From an uncultured Acidobacteriaceae bacterium (GTDB lineage Bacteria > Acidobacteriota > Terriglobia > Terriglobales > Acidobacteriaceae), in assembly GCA_963794545.1 (NCBI GenBank), contig CAWCEH010000007.1, forward strand, positions 946,196 to 1,010,195: a stretch of DNA of 64,000 bases, written 5' to 3'. Of this stretch, positions 19,437 through 29,694 are shown piece after piece. Numbering within the stretch: position 1 is the first letter of the stretch; each line of letters opens with the position of its first letter. Under the pieces are notes generated by a model. It was not told where the DNA came from and ran no database searches. It worked only from the letters and a program-made list of their open reading frames with translations. Both the position numbers and the translations under genes were made by a program.

Positions 19437-20528
19437 CTAGCGGCGGTATCCAATCGGATAGAATCCCGGACGGTCATTGCCGCTATACGCCATCTTCGCC
19501 AGGTGGACGGTGTATTCCTGCCTTGAGACCAGCGAGGTCAAGCTGAAAACACGATAGCCGTCTCCACTGATTTCGGTGCGGCGGAAGAGACCTGGTTCCG
19601 TCTCTGTGACTTCACGGTTTCCGTGGAGCTGGTCGAGAAATAGCTGCGCCGACTTCTGATCGGCCTGGCCGCGTTCGCTGGCGGTCGTCAGCGAATCGGC
19701 AGCATACGACCGGATGAGCTTCTGCCAGTATTTTTCCAGCAATTCGGTGCTGGCAAAGACGTCGGCCCACATGATGCGGCCGTTGATGGCGACCACCACA
19801 CCTTTCGCGCCTTCCTTTTTCAACTGGCGCAGCATCCCGTCGTAATCGGCAGCGACGGATTCAACTTTCTTTTGCACGTCCGGATTTTCCATTGCCTTGG
19901 CATACGAGGTGGACGCACGCATAGTTGGGGCGGCTTGCGGCACCGCTCGCGCCATGCCGGCCAGTGCGCCTCCAACCTGCGCCCATACGGCCTGCTGATC
20001 GCGCTCGGCCATTGCCGGAGTTCGTACGCTGGGCTGTGCCATCTGAGATTTCATCGAACCAAAGTGATCGGAGGAGGCGACCCAGCGTCCTGGTTCAACA
20101 CAGAACACCGACAGATCAATGGGCCCCGACTTTGGCGAAACGATCCGATCCACGCCAATCACCCGATCCTGCTTGCCGCCGGTCACCACTTCGCCAGCGA
20201 GCAGAAGCAAAGGATGGTCGGAATTGTTGATCAGGACCAGGCGATTTACCTCCGCCCCGGATTGCCGCGGGATGTGCGAGCCTGGCCGCACCAATCCTTG
20301 GAGCGAGCCCGCCTCGGTTACCACCACCGAACCTGCACGCAGACCTTCATCGAGCGTCAGCAGGTGGGCAGTGTCGTTCTCCGCGCCTCCGACCACTGGG
20401 AAGATACTGAGATTTCCTTTGGTAACGGGCGGCAAGACGTGCAATTCCGAATGCAAAGTGTTTCCGGCGGCAGCGAATGTTGCCGCCAGTATGGCCGACG
20501 CGAATGACGCCAGGATTCTGAGATTCAC
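19437..20528 (-). CDS. secreted hypothetical protein (resembles a family I recall as DUF6569/ARPP-1-like)
   Basis: GTG start with GGAGG 7 nt upstream. Signal peptide. LSIFPV...LTLDEGL...VVVTE...VNRLVLINNSDHPLLLLAGEVVTGGKQDR pattern. Divergent from the ECF sigma gene. Confidence 0.6.
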   Translation of the reverse strand: MNLRILASFASAILAATFAAAGNTLHSELHVLPPVTKGNLSIFPVVGGAENDTAHLLTLDEGLRAGSVVVTEAGSLQGLVRPGSHIPRQSGAEVNRLVLINNSDHPLLLLAGEVVTGGKQDRVIGVDRIVSPKSGPIDLSVFCVEPGRWVASSDHFGSMKSQMAQPSVRTPAMAERDQQAVWAQVGGALAGMARAVPQAAPTMRASTSYAKAMENPDVQKKVESVAADYDGMLRQLKKEGAKGVVVAINGRIMWADVFASTELLEKYWQKLIRSYAADSLTTASERGQADQKSAQLFLDQLHGNREVTETEPGLFRRTEISGDGYRVFSLTSLVSRQEYTVHLAKMAYSGNDRPGFYPIGYRR

Positions 20529-20618
20529 GGTTGACCTCCGGAGGCGCTGGAGCGTCTCTTCTAACGAGAGAACGCAGTACAGTGTCTTTCTTGCACCCGA
20601 ATTGATACGATTCGCTCA

Positions 20619-21536
20619 ATGGCCTCCGCTCCCGCTTCCGCTCCGCTCGATCCGCAATTGGTGGCGGTAATCAGGGAGTTCTCTGCGCACCACCACGAGG
20701 ATGCTGGCGCGCGACAGTTTGGTATGTCGCTAGCTGATCTGGCGGAGATTCTCTCGGGCGTCGTCTGCCAATGGGATAACGCCGCCTCTGAGGCCGGGGC
20801 ACGCAATTTTCTTGCAAGCTTACGGCTGGAGGAGTTAGTGCTGGCGCGCGCGTGTGCCGCCGGCGACAATCGTGCGTGGGAGGTCTTCCTCACTCGCTAT
20901 CGCGCGACGTTGTACGAGTCGGCCTACAAGATCGCGAAGGAAGAGAGCGCGGCGCGCGGATTGGCGGACTCACTTTATGCCGCGCTGTATGGCGTGGACG
21001 CCAAGGGACAGCAGCGGACTTCCAAGCTCCGCTCCTATCAGGGGCGAGGGTCTCTGCAAGGTTGGCTGCGGACGGTAGTGGCACAGGAGTATGTCAACCT
21101 GTATCGAGCTACCCGGCGCGAAACCAGTCTGGACGCCGCCTTGGACGAGGGCATCCAATTTGAATCCAAGGAGCCAGACCTTAGCGTCACCGATCCTCGT
21201 GCCGAGGTCGCGGCTGCGGAGGAACTGACAGCGCTTTCTGCGGAAGAACGTTTCCTGCTTGCGGCCTACTATCTTGACCGCCGGACATTGGCGGAAATCG
21301 CCAAACTGCAGGGCGTGCACGAGTCCACCATCAGCCGCAAGCTGGAGCGCGTGACCTCTGGTTTGCGCAAGCGGATTCGCAAACGGATGATCGAGTCGGG
21401 AATGTCTCCGCGACAAGCGGATGAAGCCATGCAGGATGTGGATGTCCGCGATCTGCGCGTGCGTGTGACTGAAACTTTAAGGCAAGGATCAGGAAATATA
21501 TCGTTCTATAAAGAGAAGAGCGGGAACGAAGGATGA
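20619..21536 (+). CDS. ECF-type RNA polymerase sigma factor with an ~85-aa N-terminal extension
   Basis: Region 2 (AWEVFLTRYRATLYESAYKI...SLQGWLRTVV) and region 4 HTH (RTLAEIAKLQGVHESTISRKLERV). Confidence 0.8.
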   Translation: MASAPASAPLDPQLVAVIREFSAHHHEDAGARQFGMSLADLAEILSGVVCQWDNAASEAGARNFLASLRLEELVLARACAAGDNRAWEVFLTRYRATLYESAYKIAKEESAARGLADSLYAALYGVDAKGQQRTSKLRSYQGRGSLQGWLRTVVAQEYVNLYRATRRETSLDAALDEGIQFESKEPDLSVTDPRAEVAAAEELTALSAEERFLLAAYYLDRRTLAEIAKLQGVHESTISRKLERVTSGLRKRIRKRMIESGMSPRQADEAMQDVDVRDLRVRVTETLRQGSGNISFYKEKSGNEG

Positions 21537-22711
21537 ACCAGGAAATTCCAAAGCCGTTGCGGAACGCGCTGGCCAGGCAAGCGGTTGGCGAGGTTCATCC
21601 TTCGCCTGACGTGCTCACCGCGTTTGTGGAGCGCACGTTACCGCCGGTGGAGAACGAAGTGTTGTCGCATCATCTGGCGCAGTGCGCGGAATGCCGTGAG
21701 GTCGTGTTCCTGGCAAGCGCCGCGGCAGAGGATGAGGCGCTTGAGGAGAGGGAGTTGGTGGCGGCTGCTGCCGCCGGGCGAGTGACTCCCATGCCGGCCT
21801 ATGTTGCTTCGTCGCCCCCAGCGGCTGCTCGGGTCGAGGCGCCTCGCCCGAGATGGACAAACCGAATGCGATGGGCAATGTCGGTTGCCGCCGCCGTAGT
21901 GCTCGTCTCGGCTGGGGTGGTTCTACAATTCTCGCGGACCCGAAAGGGACGTGAGCCTGCGTCGTTCACCGTCGCCAGCAATGGCCCGGTGCCCGCAAAC
22001 CCTGAGGCGCGGCAAACGGCGACCGCTCCAAATTTGCCGACGACTTCCGCGGAGCCCGCTGGTCCCGCAACGCTTGCAAATGCTGCACCTCACCGAGCGA
22101 CGGCTGCGCGAAGTGGAGAAGTCTCTCCAGGAACTACCGTCGCTCACAAGACCGCCGATGAATTCCCCACAGCGTCAGCGGCAGAACCTGCTCCGCAAGC
22201 TGCGAGTTCACGTGCAACTGCCGACGCTATTGCAGGCATGAGCAGCGCCTTGGTTCCGGGGGTTCGCCCGCAGAGTTCATTCGCAGAGACTGAAACCGGG
22301 CAGGCGCTAGAACTGCAGAAGAGGGCTCCGGCATCGTTTGGTGCAGCACCGGTAGGAATGCATGCGGTGAGCGCGGCAAGACCGCGCTGGCGCATTGGCT
22401 CCGGCGGCCAGCTCGAGCGATCAGTGGCAGCGGACCAATGGACTCGCGTGCTCGAGGATCAACCGATTACCTTTCGTGCGGTGGCAGTCGTGGGAAACGA
22501 CGTTTGGGCCGGTGGCAATGGTGGTGCACTTTTCCACTCGTCCGATCGCGGCGAGCACTGGAGCAAAGTTTCACTCGCTGCTAATTCCAACGTTGAGGCT
22601 GCGGCCATCGTTTCCATTCACTTCTCTGATTCGCAACACGGAGTCGTCACTACCGACAGCGGCAGGATCTGGGCGACAACCGATGGTGCAGTCACTTGGA
22701 CAACTCAGTGA
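21533..22711 (+). CDS. anti-sigma factor (zf-HC2) with a C-terminal BNR/Ycf48-like propeller fragment
   Basis: ATGA overlap with the sigma gene. HHLAQCAECREVV zinc-finger motif, one TM helix, a Pro/Ala-rich linker, and a C-terminal GGALFHSSDRGEHWSKV ... TTDGAVTW. Confidence 0.7.
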   Translation: MNQEIPKPLRNALARQAVGEVHPSPDVLTAFVERTLPPVENEVLSHHLAQCAECREVVFLASAAAEDEALEERELVAAAAAGRVTPMPAYVASSPPAAARVEAPRPRWTNRMRWAMSVAAAVVLVSAGVVLQFSRTRKGREPASFTVASNGPVPANPEARQTATAPNLPTTSAEPAGPATLANAAPHRATAARSGEVSPGTTVAHKTADEFPTASAAEPAPQAASSRATADAIAGMSSALVPGVRPQSSFAETETGQALELQKRAPASFGAAPVGMHAVSAARPRWRIGSGGQLERSVAADQWTRVLEDQPITFRAVAVVGNDVWAGGNGGALFHSSDRGEHWSKVSLAANSNVEAAAIVSIHFSDSQHGVVTTDSGRIWATTDGAVTWTTQ

Positions 22712-24606
22712 GTGTGGCTGAACGCCCACTAAAGTTGAGTTCGCCGGGAACACCAGTGATCGGGTTGGTAGGGTTGGCCGCCGCTGCGTATTTGCTCCAG
22801 GCTTGCATAGCGATTGCGACTGGGCGGCACCTGTTTGGGGATGGGTCGTGGCTGCTGCTTAGACTGCTAGCCGAAAACCACGTCACGCATCTAAACAACA
22901 ATACCTGGAATGATTTTTTCGTTGGGCGGATAGGCGCCTTCACCTACCAGCAACTTCCCACGCTGCTAGCTTCCCGCATGGGCGTTCATAGCTTGAAAGT
23001 TTTGTCTGTTATCTTCGGGGTGACGCTCTTTTCGTTCAAGCCACTCAGCATCCTGCTGTGTTACCGATTTGCCCGCGACAAACGCTATGTGCTTTTCCCG
23101 CTGCTCTCGCTCTTCGCCGGGACGATGAATAGCGAAGGCTATGTGATTTCCGAAACTCACTTGATGAGCGCTCTATTCTGGGCAGCGCTGTTCGGACTGT
23201 TATACCCGCGTGAATTCGGCTGGTTTGATCTTGCCGCCATGATCGTTGTGTCGGCTCCCCTGATTCTTTGCTACGAAACCATGGCGGCATTCGGGCTGGT
23301 GCTGGTCGGGGCCTGCACCTACCGGATGCTTGCGATCGGGAAGAGCCCGCGGGAGAAATGGTTCACGATCGGCTTCGGTGTTTGGTACGCCCTGGGAGTC
23401 ATCTTCGCCGTCCTGGCGATAATCTTTCCTCGCGATCCTACGCAGCGCGCGGATTTTTTCAGGGGTCTGCTGTTCGTATTCCACTACCGGCATATTGGGG
23501 CGCGCGTCTCATGGTTCGTCCTGATTCTGTGCGCGCTGATCGTGGCGATTCCAGCAATCTACAAAAAGACGCTCAACCTGCTGGTGGCACTTGCCATAAT
23601 TTGCTCGTTGGCGATTCCCGCTTTCATTCTCACTCATCCGGAATTGACCAGTCTCGACGAACACATAGTCGCCCGGACAATGAACGCCAGTGTTCCACTG
23701 GCTTTGGCAGTTACTTTTCTGACCGTATGTTTTGACCTTGTGCAAATGGATGCGGGAAAATACAAGCGACTCTTTGTTGTGGTTGCGGTGGTAGGCATCT
23801 GCCAATCGGCCTGGAGCGTGGCCGCCAGCTCGCAGTGGTCCAACATGCTGACGGTCCTGCGCTCTGAACTGCGAACCCACACCGGGCCGGTGCCCTTCGA
23901 AAACAGCCTCCTGTCTAGTCGTACGCTAGATGGACAACCGATACGCGCAATGCATGCCGAGTGGCCGCTGATGTCGTTGAGCATCTTCTATCCAGATCAC
24001 GGCAAGGTGCAGTCCATCTTGCTTCCGTCGAGTACCGCCTTCTACCCATTTGATCCTCGTATTCCTTCGGCGTTGCCGAAGCTGGAGCGCTTCCACATCG
24101 ACTACAGCCCGTACTTAGCGGCCCTGCCCGAGACGTGTCCCTATGACGTGGGTCAATGGATTGACTTCGGTGAAGGCGGCAATGCGATCACTTACGAAAC
24201 CGGCGGGTGGTGGAATTCGGAACCCTGGGGAACATGGACTGCGGAACAAGCTGGCATCACGATCGACTTTGGCGGCAGAGTGAAGTCGAACTTAGTGATG
24301 GAAGCCGTCGCGGCAGCGTTCGTGAACGAAAGGAATCCGGCAGTTGATGTGGAAGTACTGGTGAACGAGACTCGAGTTGGCGAGTGGAGGTTCCGATTCA
24401 AGAGTGGCGCGCCCGAGTACCAGAGCTACCGGACGGTGCTGCGCCAGAAGGCGCTGAACAAGGACTTGCCCGCAGTCATTCGATTTCGCGTGACGGGAGC
24501 GGGCTCGCCTGCGAGCTTAGATTTGAGGGGCGATTCGCGGATTCTTGGTCTGGCGATGCGGCGCTTGCGCTTGGTGCCGCAGGGACTGGGGGCAATTCTC
24601 CAGTAG
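22708..24606 (+). CDS. polytopic membrane protein with a soluble C-terminal domain (function unknown)
   Basis: GTGA overlap with the anti-sigma stop. The track ORF begins at TTG 22696. About 10 TM helices, then a ~200-aa extracytoplasmic domain. Confidence 0.6.
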   Translation: MSVAERPLKLSSPGTPVIGLVGLAAAAYLLQACIAIATGRHLFGDGSWLLLRLLAENHVTHLNNNTWNDFFVGRIGAFTYQQLPTLLASRMGVHSLKVLSVIFGVTLFSFKPLSILLCYRFARDKRYVLFPLLSLFAGTMNSEGYVISETHLMSALFWAALFGLLYPREFGWFDLAAMIVVSAPLILCYETMAAFGLVLVGACTYRMLAIGKSPREKWFTIGFGVWYALGVIFAVLAIIFPRDPTQRADFFRGLLFVFHYRHIGARVSWFVLILCALIVAIPAIYKKTLNLLVALAIICSLAIPAFILTHPELTSLDEHIVARTMNASVPLALAVTFLTVCFDLVQMDAGKYKRLFVVVAVVGICQSAWSVAASSQWSNMLTVLRSELRTHTGPVPFENSLLSSRTLDGQPIRAMHAEWPLMSLSIFYPDHGKVQSILLPSSTAFYPFDPRIPSALPKLERFHIDYSPYLAALPETCPYDVGQWIDFGEGGNAITYETGGWWNSEPWGTWTAEQAGITIDFGGRVKSNLVMEAVAAAFVNERNPAVDVEVLVNETRVGEWRFRFKSGAPEYQSYRTVLRQKALNKDLPAVIRFRVTGAGSPASLDLRGDSRILGLAMRRLRLVPQGLGAILQ

Positions 24607-24619
24607 TGAGAACTGTGCC

Positions 24620-24700
24620 GTCCCTGAAGGGACTCGATCTTCATTTCCACTGTACCCAGCGCTGAAGTGCTGGGCTAAGATCTTTCGCCCCTTTCGGGGC
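24620..24700. repeat. cluster of three short REP-like hairpins
   Basis: GTCCC-TGAA-GGGAC, CCCAGC-GCTGAAGT-GCTGGG and GCCCC-TTTC-GGGGC, in the intergenic gap. Confidence 0.5.
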
Positions 24701-24859
24701 TGGAGTTTGCGCAATCGTTTCACCGCACCAACTCACATCGAGCTCTCACCCGTGCCCTGGAGGCCCGCACTACCCGCACCGGCGGATACCGTATTCCTGA
24801 AACCACCCTGATCGCGATGCAAGACGCCATCTCGCCGTCCTCGATATAATTCGACCGCC

Positions 24860-26488
24860 ATGGACTTGGCCCCTGCGTCCTTCATTCGCCGGTGGTTCGA
24901 TCCGGAGTATGGCGCCGTGGACCGCCTGCTTCCGCGCTGGATCTTCTTGCGTGCGCTCGGGCTGATTTATTTCTCTGCCTTCTTTTCGTGGGCATTTCAG
25001 ATCCGCGGGCTCATCGGCGCACAGGGGATACTTCCATCCAACGAATACCTCGAAGCGGTAGCGCGGCAGTTCGGACTGGCTCGCTTCTGGTTTGCGCCAA
25101 CGCTCCTGTGGTTTTCCACCGGTCCGCACATGCTCAGCGCAATCTGCTGGGTTGGGATGATCGCGTCGCTGCTGGTCGTCTTCAACGTCTGGCCACGCGG
25201 CATGCTGTTCATCTGTCTGGTGTGTTTTCTTTCGTTCGTAAGCGCCGCGCAGGATTTCTCCGGCTATCAATCCGACGGGATGTTGCTGGAGGCTGGGTTT
25301 ATTTCTCTGTTCTTCGCGCCGGCAGGATTTCTTCCTGGACTTGGCAGGGCGCATCCACCGTCGCGCGCCAGCCTCTTTCTGCTGCAATGGGAATGGTTCC
25401 GCATCTACTTTGAGTCAGGTATGGTGAAGCTCGCCAGCGGCGATCCCGAGTGGCGGAATTTCACCGCGATGGACGAGTACTACCAGAATGGCCCGCTTCC
25501 CACATGGATCGGCTGGTATGTGCAGCACCTTCCGCACTGGTTTCACGCGTTCGCCACCGGCGCCACGCTGGTGCTGGAGCTTGGCCTGGTATTCATGCTG
25601 TTCTTGCCGCGGCGTTGGCGAATCGTGTGCTTCTTCATTGTCACGGCGTGGCAGATCCCGGTAATCCTGACTGCGAACTACACCTTCTTGAACTATCTAG
25701 TGCTCGTGCTGGGATTTCTTCTGCTGGACGACCGGTTCTTACTGCGCATCATGCCGGAGGGTTGGAGAATGTACGTCGGGCCAAGGATCGGCACTCCTCC
25801 GGAGAGAGAGGCGAAGGTGCAAGACCCCGTCCAAAGTTCACTACTTTCTCAACGGCGATCTTTAGGTCCCTCGCAAGCGTTGCGATTGTCCCTCACCATC
25901 GTGATGCTGATCTGGATTTTCTACGCCACGACCGTCCAGATGATCTGGATAATTTCTCCTCGCTTGCCACTGCCCACTTCGCCGGTTGCCGCGCTCGATC
26001 CTTTCCGTATCGCCAATCGCTACGGGCTGTTTGCGGTGATGACGCGTGGTCGCTACGAGATCGAGTTCCAAGGCTCCAACGACGGACAGAATTGGGTGGC
26101 TTATCCCTTCCGCTATAAGCCGCAGGACCCGGCCCAGGCGCCGGGAATCTATGCGCCGTACCAGCCCCGCTTCGATTGGAACCTGTGGTTTGCGTCACTG
26201 GGCTCCTGGCGCGAAAACTTGATCGTGCCCAGCGCTGAAGAGCGCTTGCTAGCCGGCTCTCCCGACGTTTTGGCGCTGTTTGCGGGAAACCCGTTCCCTC
26301 AGGCTCCGCCGCAGCAAGTTCGCGCCGTGCTTTGGCAATACTGGTTCACCACGCTGGACGAAAAGCGGGCCACTGGAATGTGGTGGAAGCGGAAGCTCAT
26401 CGGACTGTACGCTCCGGTGCTGGAGCGGCTTCCGGAAGGCAAAGTTGGCGTTGTGCAATATCCGGAGCCGCTAATGCCGCGACAGTAA
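24860..26488 (+). CDS. lipase maturation factor (LMF1-like) family membrane protein
   Basis: YQSDGMLLEAGFISLFFAP and PRFDWNLWFASLGSW motifs. Multi-TM N-terminal half. Confidence 0.75.
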   Translation: MDLAPASFIRRWFDPEYGAVDRLLPRWIFLRALGLIYFSAFFSWAFQIRGLIGAQGILPSNEYLEAVARQFGLARFWFAPTLLWFSTGPHMLSAICWVGMIASLLVVFNVWPRGMLFICLVCFLSFVSAAQDFSGYQSDGMLLEAGFISLFFAPAGFLPGLGRAHPPSRASLFLLQWEWFRIYFESGMVKLASGDPEWRNFTAMDEYYQNGPLPTWIGWYVQHLPHWFHAFATGATLVLELGLVFMLFLPRRWRIVCFFIVTAWQIPVILTANYTFLNYLVLVLGFLLLDDRFLLRIMPEGWRMYVGPRIGTPPEREAKVQDPVQSSLLSQRRSLGPSQALRLSLTIVMLIWIFYATTVQMIWIISPRLPLPTSPVAALDPFRIANRYGLFAVMTRGRYEIEFQGSNDGQNWVAYPFRYKPQDPAQAPGIYAPYQPRFDWNLWFASLGSWRENLIVPSAEERLLAGSPDVLALFAGNPFPQAPPQQVRAVLWQYWFTTLDEKRATGMWWKRKLIGLYAPVLERLPEGKVGVVQYPEPLMPRQ

Positions 26489-26612
26489 CACGCTGGTTGG
26501 CGAACCCATCCTAATCCAGTAAATCCTGATTTGGGGCTTGACGCGGTTCTATGACTCGCGCCGCTTAGAGGACTATTCATCTCTTTGGGTCGCTTTGAAG
26601 GGGCGCGGCTTT

Positions 26613-26824
26613 AGAGGCTGCTGAAAAAGTCTAAAAAGCAGATCCCGCGGACTGAACTTCACCCCAACGAGCGCAAAAGCGGCGCTCGTTGGGGACCCCG
26701 GTTCGCCCACACCTGATGACAAGAACGCGGAGCTTAATGGCGCACCCTTCGACAAGCTCAGGGCAGGCTCAAAGGTGCGCCCCTTCAAAACATCGGCTTA
26801 AACCCAGCTTTTTCAGCAGCCTCT
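26613..26824. repeat. MITE-like element with 17-bp perfect terminal inverted repeats and nested hairpins
   Basis: AGAGGCTGCTGAAAAAG (26613-26629) is the exact reverse complement of 26808-26824. Inside is a 13-bp stem CCCCAACGAGCGC / GCGCTCGTTGGGG (26662-26694) and a GGCGCACC...GGTGCGCC stem. Confidence 0.6.
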
Positions 26825-26847
26825 TTGGCCGAGGACAGCTGGTTTCT

Positions 26848-28302
26848 TCAGTACGAGTACCCGTCGGGCTGCGATACTGCGCCAACTTCAACTTCCGTGT
26901 CCACGTAATCGCGTCCGGCTTTCATGGCTTGGCGGTCGAGTTCGAGCAGCTTGGGATTCTTCACCGTCGCCTCGAGCACAGACATGGCTGACTCGGCGGG
27001 CAAGCACTCAGTCTCTTCCAGGAGCGCCGCGAGCATAACCACATTGGCCACCTTTGCCGAACCCAAACGATCGGCAATCTCTGATGCCGGCACGCACACT
27101 ACACGCGCTTGCGGCGCACTGAAGCCCACGGGCAGCTCAGTGTGGTTGTACAGGATCAATCCACCGGAGACCACGCTGGGGGCGAACTTGTGCAGTGAGA
27201 GTTCGTTCATCGCAATCAGCACTTCGGGTTGCGAGATAAGCGGTGAGCCAATGCGTTCGTGCGACAGCGAAACGTGACAGTGCGCGCTTCCGCTGCGCAT
27301 CTCCGGACCGTACGACGGCAGCCAGCTCACTTCCATGTGCTCGCGCAAGCCCATTTCCGCCAGCAACTGTCCCATCAGCAGGATGCCCTGCCCGCCGAAG
27401 CCGGCGATCTTCACCGTCAACTCGCGCGTGTGATGGCGGCGCGTGGGTGTAGGTTCCGAAACGCCCTCCTCGACATCCAGCGCTTCGGCAACGGTCTTCA
27501 CCGGAATCGTTGGTCCTGGTGGCAATTCCGGCTTGCGATCGCGGAATACTCCAAGCGGGAAGGCTTTCACCAAGGTGTCGCCGACCCACTTGCGCGCCAC
27601 AACGGGATCCATCTTCATGATGGTCGGGCACGGGGAAAGGATCTCCACCAGCGAGAAGCCGCCGCCATTTTTCTGGATCTCCAGCGCTTTCTTCACGGCG
27701 CGCTTGGCTTTCATGATGTTCTTCATGTCGTTCAGCGCGACCCGCTCGATGTAAGTCGGGGTCTCCAGTGCGGCCAGCAGTTCGCATACGTGCAGCGGCA
27801 AGCCTTCGTTGCTGGCACGGCGTCCCCAGGGCGAAGTCGTGGTCACCTCGCCCATCAGCGAGGTCGGCGCCATCTGTCCGCCGGTCATGCCATAGACTGA
27901 GTTGTTGACGAAAAATACGCAGATGTTCTCGCCCCGGTTGGCAGCGTGGACAATCTCCGCGGTGCCGATGGCCGCCAGGTCGCCATCGCCCTGGTATGCC
28001 ATGACGATAGACTCGGGATGAGAACGCTTCAGAGCAGTGGCCGCAGCGGGAGCGCGTCCGTGCGCCACCTGCACGTTGCCAACGTCGAAGTAGTAGTAGG
28101 CGAAGACCGAGCAGCCCACAGGACTCACCAGGACACAGCGGTCCTGAAGCCCGAGTTCGGTGAGCGATTCGGCGATCAGCTTATGGACGATGCCGTGTCC
28201 GCAGCCGGGGCAGTAATGTGTCTGCTGCTGAAGTTCCCCTTTGCGTTCGTAGCGATCGTAGAACGCTGGCGATTTTTCATGGATGACTTCGTAGCCGTTC
28301 AC
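26848..28302 (-). CDS. 2-oxoacid:ferredoxin oxidoreductase beta subunit fused to gamma subunit
   Basis: TPP-binding CPGCGHG and GDGD motifs, and a C-terminal gamma-like domain (KIAGFGGQGILL). Likely GTG start at 28302 after GAGGAGG. The track ORF starts at TTG 28344. Confidence 0.85.
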   Translation of the reverse strand: MNGYEVIHEKSPAFYDRYERKGELQQQTHYCPGCGHGIVHKLIAESLTELGLQDRCVLVSPVGCSVFAYYYFDVGNVQVAHGRAPAAATALKRSHPESIVMAYQGDGDLAAIGTAEIVHAANRGENICVFFVNNSVYGMTGGQMAPTSLMGEVTTTSPWGRRASNEGLPLHVCELLAALETPTYIERVALNDMKNIMKAKRAVKKALEIQKNGGGFSLVEILSPCPTIMKMDPVVARKWVGDTLVKAFPLGVFRDRKPELPPGPTIPVKTVAEALDVEEGVSEPTPTRRHHTRELTVKIAGFGGQGILLMGQLLAEMGLREHMEVSWLPSYGPEMRSGSAHCHVSLSHERIGSPLISQPEVLIAMNELSLHKFAPSVVSGGLILYNHTELPVGFSAPQARVVCVPASEIADRLGSAKVANVVMLAALLEETECLPAESAMSVLEATVKNPKLLELDRQAMKAGRDYVDTEVEVGAVSQPDGYSY

Positions 28303-28355
28303 AAATGCCTCCTCGTCAACCAACTTGCCCGCCGCGACGGACAAGGGTAGGCGTC

Positions 28356-29410
28356 CTAAACCAGGGCTGACATGCGCGCAAAAACCTGCGCGGTAATTTC
28401 TTCTGCCGCGGGCACATTGCCGCCCGCGCGTCCATAGAACTCCACCGGCACCGTGCCGTTGAGCGTCAGCTTCACGTCTTCGACCATCATTCCGGTGTTC
28501 AGCTCGACCACCATCACCGACTTCACTTGCTGTGCCGTTTTACAAAGCTCGCGTGACGGGAATGGCCACAACGTAATGGGACGGAACAGGCCTGCCTTTA
28601 GTCCCTGCGCCCGCAACTGGTCCACGGTAGAGCGCAGCACGCGCGAGACGATGCCGAAGCCAACCAGCAACACGTCGGCATCTTCCGTCAGATATTCTTC
28701 GCAGCGGGTCTCGAGTTCCTGGGCCAACTGATACTTGGCTTCGAGCTTGTGAACGTGCGCTTCCAGCACGTCAGGCTCGAGGAAGATCGAGGTGATCACG
28801 TTCTTCTTTGTCTCTGCCGTGCCTTTGACCGCCCAGTCTTTTTCCGGAGCTTCGATGTTGCGCAACTGGATGTCCAGCGGCTCCATCATCTGGCCGACAT
28901 AGCCATCGGTCATGATGATCACCGGATTGCGATAGCGGTCGGCGAGATCGAAGGCCAAGCACGGTGAGGTCGAACATCTCCTGCACCGACGAAGGCGCAA
29001 GCACGATGTTGCGATAGCAACCGTGGCCGCCTCCTTTCACGATGCAGAAGTAATCGCTCTGCTCAGGCGCGATGTTACCCAGTCCGGGACCGCCGCGCAC
29101 CACGTCAACGATGACGCATGGCAACTCGGCGCCTGCGATGTACGAAATGCCTTCCTGCATCAGGCTCAGCCCGGGGCCGGACGAGGCGCGTCATCACGCG
29201 CATGCCGGCAGACGATGCACCATAGACCATATTGATCGCCGAAACTTCGCTCTCCGCCTGCAAGAAAGTGCCGCCCACTTCCGGTATCAGGAGGGCGGCA
29301 TATTCCGCGATTTCGCTGGCGGGAGTAATGGGATATCCATAAAAAGCCCGGCAGCCCGCCAGCACCGCGCCTTTGACGATGGCGACATTGCCCTTACAGA
29401 GTTGCCTCAC
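28356..29410 (-). pseudogene. 2-oxoacid:ferredoxin oxidoreductase alpha subunit, interrupted by two frameshifts
   Basis: Three consecutive ORF pieces in different frames together read as one KorA-like protein: [10 protein letters not shown]...SSAGMRVMT / [37 protein letters not shown]...FDLT / [20 protein letters not shown].... Frame changes are near 29183-29191 and 28953-28962. Confidence 0.75.
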
Positions 29411-29682
29411 GGGTCACCTCCTGGTTTTTCGGGATGGCCGCGGTTGCTGCTTTCGCCGGAATCAGCCGCTCCACCGTGATGGCTCCCGGCTCAGGGCAGC
29501 AGTAGAAACAAGCTCCGCAGCCGGTGCAATCCTCGCCGGTGTATTGCGCCGGATGCACGCCGTACTTGCTTAGCTCCGGCGCCAGGACCAGGCACTCGGG
29601 CGGGCACGACTCCACGCACAAGCCACACCCTTTGCATTCTTCCGCGATCGATGATCACGTTACCGCGCGGTTGCGATGTCAT
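29394..29682 (-). pseudogene. 2x[4Fe-4S] ferredoxin (delta subunit), one frameshift
   Basis: The second cluster [12 protein letters not shown] is intact. The first cluster [12 protein letters not shown] can only be read after a 1-nt frame change near 29638-29645. The N-terminal piece [13 protein letters not shown] is in another frame. Confidence 0.6.
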
Positions 29683-29694
29683 TTGTTGCGCTCC

